Shown here: in pieces, positions 36,205 through 49,624 of the stretch | How the letters are laid out: each line of letters opens with the position of its first letter | How positions within the stretch are numbered: the stretch's first letter is position 1 | Source of the DNA: Pavona decussata | Lineage: Eukaryota | NCBI GenBank assembly: GCA_977016875.1 | Contig: CDRNST010000089.1 | Coordinates: forward strand, 1,364,001-1,428,000 | Direction of reading: 5' to 3' | Length of the DNA stretch: 64,000 bases | Program-made: the position numbers and the translations under genes | The notes under the pieces: model-generated | Databases searched by the model: none | Told to the model about the DNA's origin: nothing | What the model saw: the letters and a program-made list of their open reading frames with translations, nothing else

Positions 36205-36866
36205 GTGTTTACCATTTACAAAACCTTTCCGGAAATTCTCGTTGGAATGCAAATGGACACGACTTCTTGGATCGTGCCAGTGAAAAATTACCGGAAGAAA
36301 CGGAACTTTTGTAAAGGTAGTCCGGTTTTCCTGGTTGGACCGTTCCGAATGGAAATTTGTGTTCCACTCACATGTCTCGCATCTTTCATAACAGTTTCAG
36401 ACCTTTGGTTCTCACAAATGATGGATCAGATTATTAACTCTGCAGTGTTTGTTAAAGTGCTTATTAAGTTAATTCATGAATTTCCCAATGAGCGTTTGCC
36501 CTAGTAAGGAAATGGGAGACCGGACGAGGCAAAGAAAAAAAATACGACTTTTGAGGGAATCGAACCCACGAACCCTGGATTTGATCGACCGTTGCTCTAT
36601 CGACTTAGCCACGAGGCCAGACAGGAGCAAGTTGTGGGTTACTAGTATGGTGATAATTGCGGCAATGTGAATGTGAAGGGCACAAATGAATGTTGTGCCT
36701 CTAACACTAAGGGCAAAACATTCTTTGGCTTTCACCGCAGCCGTGCCAAATATGTGTCTCAACCGAAATTACACCTTCTTGGATTGAATGGAACATATTC
36801 TACCCGAACGGAAATTCCCAACCAAAATGTCCGTCCGGGATTTTTTAGCAAATTGATGGTAAACCT
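36205..36866. mobile_element. TIR element interrupted by a tRNA-derived repeat fragment (~36480-36710, - strand)
   Basis: gtttaccatttac...attgatggtaaac ends; internal reverse complement ggcctcgtggctaagtcgatagagcaacgg...gtgggttcgattccc is a tRNA-like head without a valid cloverleaf. Confidence 0.5.
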
Positions 36867-39800
36867 CGATTTTGCTATATTCCGAAAGCCTCCTGTTTAC
36901 ATTTTCTTCTACCGTTTTCTTTCACTCTATAATTACATGAAGAATCAAGCAAACCAGTAGCTTGAGTAATGAATAATTAAAACTGTCTTCCCCTGATGAC
37001 ATTTATTTTGTGGGTTCAGAATCGCTTTGTGTTTTTGTGCACGCGATATGACCTAAACTGATTGACAGCACGAACCAAGCAACTAAAGAGAGTCAAAGTC
37101 CTCATGAGATTTAATTCAGTATAAAACTGGTGCATTTTTATGCCGTAGGAAGCTATAGTTCTTTCTGGAAACAAAAATTACTCGGGAGTATTTTGGTAGC
37201 GACAAAACATGCCCGCGTTTATAGTATCAGTGTTAATTTAAAGTTCTAGTGTTTTTGTGATCATTTTCGTTTCACGCTTTCAAGTAAAGTAGTTAGTGCA
37301 TTCCAATGACCAACGCGCTGCTACCAAAGCTTTATTGCCAACGTTAAATAACTTGAATAGTCTACGTTTATGTTTTTATTTTTATAAGTGCCATTATGAG
37401 TTTGGTCGCGCCTATCTTTGTCTTTACAAGAATCCTCTTCGAATTAACTTTTGTCTGAGGGATGGCCTGTTGAAAGTTATATTTTTTACACCAATGAGCA
37501 GATATTCGTTTCATTTTTAAATTTCAAATATGTTACACTGTAGTCCACTGCACAGTGTTTCTTTTTTCGAACTGGAATTGTATACCAATTTTTCTCACGA
37601 AAAACAAGAACCATGCACTCTTAAATTTGTTTACTTGTCTCAGTTGAGCGTTGAGGTTGATCTGCGAAATTTCATGTGAATTTGATAAAAACGGCACCAG
37701 AATCAGATTGACTCCCTCCTTCGGCAATCCTTTGGTGATTGTTACAAAATTTTGAGTTTTTATTTCCCTCAGTAGACATGGTTAACTTTGATTGAACGGA
37801 AATTGTCTTCGTGTTAATGGATTAATATCGAGCTACTCTCTAAATGATTTTAAATCGAGGAATAATTGGCATTGGGAAGTGCTCAGTATTTCAATTTTGT
37901 GCGGTGGATCACGACTGTTTTTTGACACATACAAGTCTCGCCAAATTTTGTCACTTTTGCTAGAGCTCTATACATCTACCGATTAAACACCTTTTCAGTT
38001 GAGGATTTCGTCTTCGTTCAAGGACAGCTTAATTTCTGCGCGTGTCAAAACAATTGTTTTTGATTTTGTTATTTCAGTCTAAAAGCTATTAGCTTTCATG
38101 GTGCTTAAAATTGCGAAACAGCTCTTATCACGAAGTTCTCATTCGTTGAGTACTTGACAGATCTCAGATTAATTCCAATGAAGTGAAAATTCCATCTTCC
38201 GCCGGGCCTATTATAGAATTAACTAATGATGTTTTAGTGTTGGCCCATTCATAAGTTTTCGTGCAAGTCATTTCCAGTAATATTAACATAACCACAATTT
38301 CATGAAAATCATTAAACACGCTAGTACTAAGCTGATCTATCAAACACCGGCGCTAATAGTGACCTCAATATGAGACGTATTTTTAAAAATTAACAATCTC
38401 AAACCACTTTGTCTGCAATGCGTTTCACTGTAGATTTACAAAAAAAATTGCTTTTATCTTGCAACAGCGTAATTACCGCTGCTGTTTATGAACGCTGTCT
38501 GTGGCTCCTTTTTGGGGGCGCTAGATCATTACAAATTTAGCACTGGACTGAAAGCTGCGCGCGAAAAGATGATTTTTACCAAAAACCACAGGAAACCACA
38601 CTGTTTACCTAATTTTAATTTCAAGCCTAATTTTCGTTTAAAAGAAACTGTTTTCGTATTTTTGATTGCTTTTACTATTTTCCTTTTCTCATTTATAATG
38701 CCTACAGTTATTCATCGCAAAAATCGTGATTGACTGTATTTGTAACCACGGCAGACCACTAATAATTTGTCTAATTTGAAAGCTTACGGTGGCCTGAATT
38801 TCTTTTAGATTCTTTCGATTCTGTGTTTCATGTAACAGTGTTTTTTATATAAAACTCAAACCAATATCCTGTTCGATGAGTGAAAAGGAAAGTCTTTCAG
38901 TGGATCAGTTGGCTAGCTTCGGTACAATTCTGCGTGGGAGTATTAAAACTAAAATAATTAAATATTCTTCGCTTTTCAACATGTCTTTGTTAACGGCTTT
39001 TTTGAGTCACATAAAAGACGAGATCACTCTTGGCCGCTTTCTTCTAACAAAACATTCATCAACCGACAGAAAATAGTAAAATCAATCTGATAAAATTAAA
39101 AACAATCGAGGAAAAGTGTGGGTGGCCGAACGTGCGTGCCGAATCCATCTTCACCGAGGTGCTGAACAAAAGAAAGACCAACAATTTGGATAAAACATGT
39201 TTGAAGCAACTGACAAAATACCCTGAGCCGGGTTATCTTAAAATTCAGCGTGAAAGTAAACTTCCCATTTTTATCTATTTGCATTGCTTCATGGTTTTAG
39301 ATAATTTCCCGTTGCTTAGCTACGGTCAGTTAACTATAGTATATTTTCTCTGAAAGCTGACGTGAAGATTTCATGTGAACGCGTCGTATCTTTTGTCTTT
39401 CGTAGCTAGTTGCTGAAAAGAAGACTTTGTACCGCCCAAAACAGTTGAATTTTTGGAAGAGAAACAATTTTAAATATTAAAATATAGGTGCGGCTAGCTT
39501 AAAGAATTGGAATTCTTTTTTCCAGCTGCAAAAACAGCGGCATGACGCCATTCAAGTGAACTTTGTAAATTATATAGGTTTGCTTTGAACGAGCACGATT
39601 CTTTCCTTATTGCTTTACTTTGTTTTTCCTCATCATAGTGAGCAAGGCAGGGAAGGTCCCAAAAACACTGAGAGGTTACTTTCCAATAATTCGCAATATA
39701 TTTACTTGCTTCCAATAATCGTTCGTTCAAGTAATAAAATAACGTTATGGAATAATTTATGATCAGTGTAAATTAAATATTTGGAGATAAAAAGTTGCAT

Positions 39801-40506
39801 TTGCATACTTAAATGGCCACTTTTTCGCCTTTATATATAGATTTTTTTTTGGGTCTCAGAATGACCTCGCTAGATCGCACGAATTAAGGGACGGAGAAAA
39901 ATTACTTAATTGATTCGATTTCCATTCCAGTTGAAGAAAAAGAGTACAATGGAAATGTTTATTCATCAGTAAGATAAATTGTTGATCCAGTGTCTATTGA
40001 GACGTGTTTTGCCATGAAAAGCGGTGCCAATGGAAACCGCGAAGAATTCTAAGCGATTATTTGATGAGGCTTTCATGAAGACTAAGACTGTCACTCGGTT
40101 ATATTGACAAGACACACGCGGCATTGTCTACCGCGTAGTCATGAATTTGTAAATGTAAATCATGTTTCGCAGCTAATAAACAGTTGGTTTCAGCTGTTTA
40201 CATTAGGACGAAGGTGGTTTAAAGTGCTTCAAATTATATTATTTTCACGCGAGGCCACTCCGAGCTTACTTCATCTTACTTCAACCGGCGCGATCGTTAA
40301 AGACGTTGTAAAGTCGAGTTGAGCCGACGGCTGCAAATGAAATTCTTGGGGTAATCTCATTTCATCCCGCGATGTCTCCGACTGTGATTTGTTATATCAC
40401 AGTAAGGCAATATTGATTTTTCTGTCGTTTTTCTGAGGTTTGAATCTCGACGTTTGGATCGATATCAGCATCGGCGACGATTCGAGGACTTATTGTGAGA
40501 TCTCAA

Positions 40507-43500
40507 ATGGAGACGGAAACGTCGAAGAACCCCTCGAAGCAATGCCAGAAATTCGAAAACGAATCGATGAAAATGTCTAAAAAGATCTTGAACTCAATCG
40601 ACAACGACTTGGTCGTGCCGAAGTTGTCTTTCTTTTTCTTCTTTATGGCAACCGGTGCTTTCCTTCCATATCTTGGAGTGTTCTACAAACAACTTTGGCT
40701 TACAGCTCGACAATCTGGGATCCTACTCGGCGTTCGCCCTTTCGTCAAGATGCTGTGCTCTCCGCTCTGGGGAATGGTCACCGATGTCTGCAATAGACCC
40801 AAGCTTATACTCGTTGTCTCTATTCTAGGAACAACTGTGGCCCACTTTTCACAGAGCATCGTTTCGCCATTTAATCTCCCGTGTTATCCCGAGACTAACG
40901 GGACAAACTTAAGCCATAACGGCCAACTCCTTATAGGAGACGCGGCTATCGATCGCTCCGCGCGCCGAAGCGGTTTTGGAAACGCTAAAACGGATTTACA
41001 AAATGGGCAGCATGTTATTACGAGAAAAGGTAAAATAAATATTTTACATGGTGGCTTGGATGTGACCACAGCGCCTCAAATCTCAAGTGATGTGGAAAAA
41101 TTGGTTGGGAATTCCGATTATGACAAGAGGAAAGATTTCAAGAATGACATAGGGCAAGTTAACAATCCGGACGATTCCAAGTTGGTTCAAGAAGAGAGTT
41201 CTGAGGAAAACGAACCGAGACACGAAGATAATCCGAGAGTAGCCAAAGAAAGCCCATCGAAAATATTGACAAAAAACAAAAAGCGCAAAAAGCCAAATAT
41301 GAAGGATGATTTCCGCGTAAAGGACAACCAGACAATCTTCATAACACTGCTCGTGATCGTGTTTCTTGGTGAATTTATCGCGGCGCCAGCTCCCATGTTG
41401 ACCGATAGCGGAACACTCGGCATCTTAATCGGACGCGAGCATGAGTATGGTAGACAGCGACTGTTTGGCTCAATAGGATGGGGAATAGGATCTCTGATGT
41501 CCGGAGCGGTCGTCACGGCTTTCAACACATGTCCATATGAGGATAGCATCAACTATGTGCCAGTGTTCTACGTGTTTGCAAGTGCAATGATTGTAGATTT
41601 CTTCGTGGCATTCTTCTTCAAGTTCCAACCGGCACCACCGAAACACGACGCGCCGACGGAGAACGAATTCTGGAAAGGACTTAAGGTTTTTTGCAATCTG
41701 AAGAACGGAGCGTTTATCTTCACACTCCTTTTTCTGGGATTTTCTCACAGTCTTCAGCTTTCATTCCTGTTTTGGTTTCTTCAAGACATCGGTGGAACTC
41801 CAATCCTCTTCACCATTATTGTTGCCGTTAACTGCATGTCCGAGGTGGTGATGTTTTTCATGGCAACCTACTTTGTCCAGAAGATTGGCCACGATGCCGT
41901 GCTGTACACTGGCCTGGGGTGCTATGGGTTACGATTTTTGCTATACTCGTACTTGCAGGAGCCTTGGTGGGTGTTACCCTTAGAAGCTCTTCAAGGATTC
42001 ACCTACGGAGGCGTGTGGACTGCAAGTGTGGCGTACGTTGGACCACAACCAGGTAAAGAGGTTTTGAAACTTCCCGTTAAAATGGTTCAGTAAAAGTTCT
42101 ATTTAGACACAAAACTTTGTCTTCAGCATATGCATTTACGTTTATTGGTGTACATGAAATCGACAAATCTTAGGTTGCTTTAATCATGCCTTAATTCTTA
42201 ACCTATAAAAGGTATAATTTGTCCTGAGTCCGAGGTAATCTAAAACTGAAACCAAGTTAACGTCCAGATTCCTGAGAACTGGAATCTGGGTCCAGGTTAG
42301 AAGAATTCAGTTTTTTTTCCTATCAGGTACTGGATCACTAGCAATCACCAAGAATCCATTTAGTTTAATTTCTCTTATGGCGCTTTAATTTTATACTTCT
42401 AAGTCGATCGCTTGGCATTAACAGTCAAATGTTTGTTAGCACAGCAGTTTAGTGACTTCAAATTCTTGACGTCTTGTCTTTCAGCGTTTGCTTCAACTGT
42501 CTGGCTGATCAAATAACATAACTCGGGTTATAGAGGAACACAATTCCTACATTTCTTTTTTTTTTATGTGCGAACTAAAAGGTGCTTATTTGAAAGAGTA
42601 AATATATTTAGCTAAAATAAATGCGCTAGGAGTTCCAGCGATCACAAAGGGTACAGCCTTGGATGAACTGTCGAAAAAACCGTTTGTTTACTCAAAATTG
42701 GAAAAGACGTTTTAAACAAACAGGAAAAATTGTATTTCTATTCGTTCAGTACCTATTAAGCAAAACCTTCAATTAAATGCTTCGGCCTAGCTTTCGAATA
42801 ATGGAAACTTATTTTACGATAAAAATTTCCTTGCGGGATAATATGTCTGGTCTTCAAATTGACATTCTTGGCAATATCGATTATTTCGTTTTTACTCACA
42901 CAATTTTTGCGTTTCATTATTCCCTAGCAAGCAGTGTGCAATGCGCTAATCTTTATTCCTGAAATTTTAACTCCTTTAAATTCTATACTCTGTTATTCCG
43001 CGTCCACTTCTGACTCCCAAAATGCAAAATTGAAGCTCCACTTGATCTTAAGACAAAAATAAGTTAACGAATGAATGAAAGAAAACTTTTTCAGTTAACG
43101 AGGGAAAGTTCTAGAAATTGGGGGTTGAACTAGTATAACAATTAAGGCAGCGAGAAGAGAATATGATCTTCACACCTTCCCGCTAGTCAGTCTTTTGAGA
43201 ATCTAAGCGCCTTTTGAATCACTTACGAGTGAAAACGCCTTTTAGTTACCTCATGCAGTAGCCGCACGACGATTTTCTTGGGTCATTGTAAAGGGGCTTA
43301 TCTGAGAAATTCATCAGAGTAAAGTCGAGAAAAAAAGAAAGCATTTGTCTTCTTCTGAACCAAAAAAAATTCAAAAGCAGTTATTCGCGAATCGGAATAT
43401 AAAATGAGTCTTGAATATCGAGTGCGAGCAAGAGTTTGCAGAGACGGTATGGATGCTGTTGACCGGAATACGGTCAACCGGCCCGAACAGCGGCCTTGGA

Positions 43501-44889
43501 TTCCTCAGGATCAATTAATTTCAGCCAGTACAGCCGGACAATGGAATGTGACGAACAGTTTGACAAAATAACAAGAAATAATCCATCTTTATACATCAAA
43601 TACTCTTCGTAATAGATTAAAACAAATCACTTAGCCGGTATGCATAAAGCTGAGAAAGCGACTTGCTAAATTAATTTAGAATTCCTGGACGTTAAGCCGG
43701 TTTGGGCGCGTTGCTACGATACATTAAACTAACTCACTAAATTATTTACACTTTCTTTTTATGACCTTAATCTCGAATTCTTTTCTTTCTTTCTTTTCTT
43801 CTCAATGCCCGCTAATCGCTTATTATGTATCTTCCGGAGCATCTGGTAGTTTTCCTTTGGGAAGTGTATTCCCCGCTTTTCCGCGTAACATACATATAAA
43901 AACAAGAAGTATTTACTCAAACCCCCCCCTGACAAAATATAAAAAACTTTATTTTCCTTCTCCAAACACGATGTCACACTTCGAGTTCTCAGCTTGACAG
44001 AATTTTAAAAAATCATTTGACATATTTGTTCTTGAAGTCTTAATCCGGCTAAAGATCAATTATGATTTCTAAGCTGAGAACAAATTAAAAGTTTCCAATT
44101 CGTTGGCTAGTATTATTTTTGGTTAAATTTGTTATTTTAAGAACTTTTTCAAATAACAAATCGAAATGAATTGCCCCAGGTTAATCTTTCCTGAGCTATA
44201 CGTCTATAAAATTGATCGTGTTCTAGATTTTCTAACATATTTTTTTTCAACTTTTTCAAAAACCAGAGATCTTCCGCCTGTTTCCCATAAAATAAGTTGA
44301 TACAGGCTGCCGGCTGTGTGCGTACGTGATTTTCTTTCTTTCTTTCTTTTAATTTGCGTTTTAAGTGTCGCCATGTGCAGGGATATTTTCATTTTTTCCT
44401 GCCATATTACTCTGATTACAGCCTTCTCTCGCTCCAGGCCGGGACGAGAGACGGTTGTACGTATTCACAATCCATTTACAAAGTAGATAACCTTGTTTTG
44501 TGGTACTAAGACAGTCAGTTAAAAAGCAGGGCTTAACCTTTCAGTCTCCAGTTCTCACTAAATCTAAATCTCATGGCAACTTTTTCCTTTGTTCGAGTCC
44601 AGGTTCCGGAGCGACAATCCAAGGCATAATTCACGGAGTGTACTGGGGACTAGGAATGGCAGTTGGTGGAGTCCTGGGCGGAGTTATGGTTCACGTGATT
44701 GGTGCGCGTTTGACGTTCCGCATTGAGGCGGTTTTCTCTTTTGTAATCCTTCTTCTGTTTTTCGCCATCAATAACTTCCACGAGAAAAGTAGTAGATATT
44801 CCAAGATTCCTTCGGACGATCAGGATGAGGAGATTAGAGATGACGTTAAGGGAGCAGAAGAATGCGACAGCTCGATGGATTCTAAATGA
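40507..44889 (+). CDS. MFSD6: MFSD6-like major facilitator superfamily protein, paralog A (~610 aa)
   Basis: Exons 40507-42052 and 44603-44889 (phase 1). Motifs KLSFFFFFMATGAFLPYLGVFYKQLWLT, PLWGMVTD, YGRQRLFGSIGWG, FLFWFLQDIGG, SEVVMFF, PWWVLPLEALQGFTYGGVW, TIQGIIHGVYWGLG. The start could instead be the ATG at 40567. Confidence 0.9.
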
Positions 44890-46418
44890 AGTAATTTATT
44901 GAAAAATCCAGAAATTTAGAGACACGCAAAATAATGTGTTATGGGAAAAAGTTATTTTTATTTAATTTTTTACAGTATGAATTACTTTATTCGAAGTAAA
45001 TTATATTTATTGTGGATTTTTAGATACTTTGGGTAATGGTGGCTTTAAAGCCGTTGTTGATTTTATAGAAGAAAAATATCATTGGTTGTAAGAACTAAAA
45101 TGCGAGAAATTAACTCGACTCAAGCAGATTAAAAGTCTGATCCAATGCAGTCGATAATTTGAAAGAGTGGGTGGCGGAAAATATGTTAAATATTTGAGTA
45201 AACTGTTTAAAATTTCGTGAAAGAAATTTAAAATTTCTTTGAAATAAGTTAAATATTTTAATCACGTGACTAACCACGTCCAATTTTATTTAACAAAATA
45301 TTTTAAATCGAAATTTCCACTAGTTAGCGTGCAACTTCTGAAGCACTTACATTGGAACGCCGGGTGTACTGGTACAAAAACTGGGTCATTTAAATTTCGG
45401 AGAGGAACTGGCATTAGTCAAGAACAACACAAAAACGTTTACCCTTATTTCCAGTGGATTCCTTAATTCCTTCTTAAGGTAACAACTAGTAATATATAAC
45501 CTTCAATGCGTTAAATACAGGAAGTCCTTTCACAAGCTAGTTATCAGAAGCGAATGAGGTGTGGCCAATCAAGTGACCTGGGTAGTTTGTTCGCAGTTTT
45601 CACCTTCATGGTTTGATTCATCAGAACATGTTGCTTTTGTAAAGCTTTGGGGTACGATTTACTGAAAAAAAAAATATTGGGAAAATTAGCATCACAGAGA
45701 ATTGAGAACAGATCTTCAGAATGACAAAATTTTCGCAATAGCTCGTGTGAGATTAATATGAGATAAATATTTCTCCTTTTGAACTTTTTAACACCAAAAA
45801 CCGATTCGAAATTTGGCTTTCAGGCGAAAATTTCATGTTAAAAACTTTGAGATTAGTCAATATTTCACGTTTCAGTGTATTCCAGCACCCAAAAGGGCAA
45901 AATAATTAATATATTAAACAGTTTCAGAAAAGAAGAAAACGAAAAAAGCTCAACACACTAGAAAAAAAAACAAACAATTTATGCACAACGTTTTTTTCTG
46001 AACTGTTCTGCTATAACAAAAAAATATATTATTTTTCTATTGCCACTGCTCTTGGTCCAATCAAAATTAGATATAGGAAAATGTTAGTTGTGAGATGCTT
46101 AGTAGGTACAATATCAATCTCTTCCTCTTGGTTTATCCTACAACGGGACATGGGACACATCACCTGTGTAACATTTAACGGTGAAATAAACGAGTTTAAA
46201 TTATTTCATCTTTGTTTCCTTTATAATGTGGCTCTTCTAATTTTGTTGAGCTGATTATAGTTTTACCATCGCTTTTGAATCTGTAGGTTTGATTATTTTT
46301 TAAAATGTAGGGCGAGATGCTCTTCAAATTTTGACAATTAATTAAATTAGTCAAATTATGGGTAATCTGGAATGTGGAGACTGATTATCAGTTATGTCCA
46401 TGCACAGACAAATATCCT

Positions 46419-46797
46419 TACCGTATTTACTCGAATAAGCGCCGCGGCGCTTATAAAATATTTCGCGCCTTAAATGCGGCGCTTACTCGAGGGCGGCGTT
46501 TATGTGACAATTGGACGCGACAAAAAATTTTTCCTTTAATTTCTCGGTATATTTTCTATCTGTACGAAAATTTAACAGTAACTAACAGAAGCGTTTTTTT
46601 ATTGTCACCATTCGTCTCTTTGGACACTTTTCAATTACTTTAAATACCAATGCTCTGTTAGAGTTGCTTTGTAGTGGTTTTTTAGTTATACTAAATTCCT
46701 CGAATAAGCGCCGCACCGGGGCCGCGGCGCTTATTAACTATTTTGTTCCAAATGCGGCGCTTAATCGGGGGCGGCGTTTATTCGAGTAAATATGGTA
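46419..46797. mobile_element. Tc1/mariner (pogo-like) MITE with TA TSD
   Basis: TA-ccgtatttactcgaataagcgccgc...gcggcgtttattcgagtaaatatgg-TA, with repeated gcggcgctta subterminal motifs. Confidence 0.85.
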
Positions 46798-46911
46798 GCC
46801 CCAAATTATCCACCGTCAATAATCTCTGTTGTATTAGAAACTCTTTCCTGTTGAATCGGTAGCCTGCTGGACAGGCCGTGTTTGATTGACCGCCCTCGCC
46901 GGAATGCTCAA

Positions 46912-47094
46912 CACAGTGGAACCTCTCTTTACGGACACCTCTATAATACGGACACCTCTCTATTACAGACAGTTCACTTGGTCCCTGAGAGACCGAAATC
47001 CATACAAAGCCTACTTCTCTAAAAACGACACCGGCTATAATCCGGACACCTGTTCCTGTCCCCTTGGTGTCCGTATTAAAGAGGTTTGACTGTA
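46912..47094. mobile_element. Tc1/mariner-type MITE, inverted copy of 15841..16005
   Basis: cagtggaacctct...tcctgtccccttggtgtccgtattaaagaggtttgactgTA. Confidence 0.8.
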
Positions 47095-49624
47095 CCTATA
47101 AGGGAACTTCTCCCAGTTCTCCGGTCTAATACAAAAGGATCGAAATCTGGACTAGTATTCAGAGGAAGAGCTGGTCGTGTGCATGTAAGTAGATAATAGT
47201 TCTTGTTATTGAACAATAAATCTACTTTTATTTCGGTGAAAAATCACTTTTTGTCTGTTTGTCCTATTCTCTCCTCTCGCTCCCTCTCCACCACTCAACA
47301 GTTTTGTACTCCGGTCAGTCACAGACCCGGTGAGGATACTGCTTGGAATTTTTGGTGGGAGTGTGCGGCTCGGTTCTCCAAATCCTGTCCCTGTTTCAGA
47401 CCAGAATATGTAATTTTCGGTACTCTTCAGACCTTTCCTCTAAAATTCATACCGTATTTTTACTTGATTCCTGAAGAATCCATAACCGTTTTCAGACTTC
47501 AAACCAAAATCGTTCGGTCAAAATCTATACCCTATTTACCCGAAACGGATCAAAACTTATATAAGAGAGTAGCCCCCCCTCCCCCACCCCTCTCTCATGG
47601 GTCACAGGTTCCTTAGGCCGCATTAAAAATGGAGTTACAACTTACTACAAATAGAAATTATTCAATACAAGGGAAATTTGGAGTCCGCTTTGAACAGTCG
47701 ACACTGCATACCGGCCTGTACCAACTGTTGTATAAGCTAGTATTCGGAGAAGTGGTATATCCAGCTTTTGAAAAATAACGAGAAGTCGGCCGCGGCTTTG
47801 AGAATTTCGGAGGTGTTTTACAGTTTGCAAGTGAAGCACAATCAATAACCTTTCTCATACAAAACTAGCTGGTGGCCAGTATAAGGACTGTTATCTGAGT
47901 GAAATCATTTGTATATCTTTCAATCGAAGCTATTGTTTGGTCACCACCCTCTTTTATAATAAGTAAGGTGGAGATCTACAGAAAGATCATTTCCAGTATG
48001 CTCCACTAACTCTCAGTGCATCTGCTCTTAATTTTCGACCCTTCGCTTACTGTATTCGTCGGTCTTTCGATATCTAATGACGTGCAAATATCAGATCAGT
48101 GCAAACAGTAACGCATTTTATGTTTGTATAACTTACTCCACTGGCAGATCGACCCTCGTTAGTACAGATTTTCTCATTAGCATACTAAACCTATTGTCAG
48201 CCCCGGGCAAGCAAATTCAGAAATTATCATACATTTATTAATATTATAAGAAATCGACTGATATTGAATATTGACGAACAGTTTGATTTTTCTTTTTCAG
48301 TAGTAACGCCGAATTTGAACAAGGCACGCCACATGGTCTAAATATATCGAAGTACACAGGCGCAACAAAGTCAAGATACCCAAACAACGTACTTCTTTCC
48401 GCGAGATAAACCTGGCGGGGAATCTTGTTCAAAGTAAAATAGTCGTAAAACAATACGTAAGGAGACAAATTGGCGTAAAAGCCGCACCTGCCAATCGGTC
48501 AGGATAAGTTTGTTTGTCCGGTTTTTTATCTATATTTGTGGCTGGCTAGTTTGTGCATCGTCCCATAATGAAGTTCTCACTAAGCTTTTTTTGGAGTATG
48601 AGAGAATGAAGAAGTCACCTGATTTGCATGTGACAAGGAAAACAATCTCTCCTCTCTTTTATCGTTAGTCATAATTCGATAAAACGGGCGACAAAAAGCC
48701 GTGCTTTTAGTTTGGTATTACTTCTTGATAAAAATCTGACGCATAGTCTGAAATTCAATTTATTAAAGCACATTTTTCACGAAGGTAAGGCAAGAATGCA
48801 CTAGCCCGCAAATAGCATAGGCTAATCTAGGCGGGTAGTGCAGTTGATTAGTATATATTTACAGAATATAATTTAAAGATATACCAATAATTAATGTGTA
48901 ATAAGTTAAGTAAAAAATAATGACTGTCTAAATTAAAATTAAGAAAGTTTCATATTAGCTAATCATACCACTGATATTTGAAGTTTTTAATCAGAGTGTT
49001 GAGTGTTGAGTGTTGAAATAAAGGAAACAAGATGGCCCACTCAAAAAGATACTGCGTTTTCATGCGTTATTTTCCTTCGAGTTTGAACTTGTTTTTAAAT
49101 TATCGCCCACTAAAAAGGGCAAAGGGTAGGTTATGTGCGGATTATTCCGGCTATAAATGGGCATGATTTAAATTTTTGTTTCCCAGGAAAATGAAATCCA
49201 AGTTGGGCAGGCTGTATCACGGCGTCACGCAAACCAACAGCTTGACTGCTGAGCCTGTTTAGTAATACCTTTGGATTAAATCAACAGAGGATTCATAAAA
49301 CTCATCAATTTTTTCTGTACGATGGCAGCTCTCTACCCGCTCTTTGTCGGATAACAATAAGTTTGCAACTGACTCTACAATATTGACTTGATTATTTGTT
49401 ACCAAACTGTTTTTGTTTGCGGTTGACTGCCCACAGATGAAAGACAAATTATGACATTTATTAGCATATTTAGTTACGAGGGGTGATGTATACGACTTTT
49501 ATTCTTGCATACTAATGCTACCGAAGCGTCTATGTTATTCTCTTGTCAAGCGAGCGAACTTTCTTACTCTCAATGAAAGCTTTCAAAAAATGTAGGCCAA
49601 ATTTGCCAGTGTCTCCTGTAGACA

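Noticed and set aside
46419-46797. Repeated gcggcgctta units as a CRISPR-like array
   Set aside because: Irregular spacing, bounded by TIRs and a TA duplication, in a eukaryotic context: a MITE.
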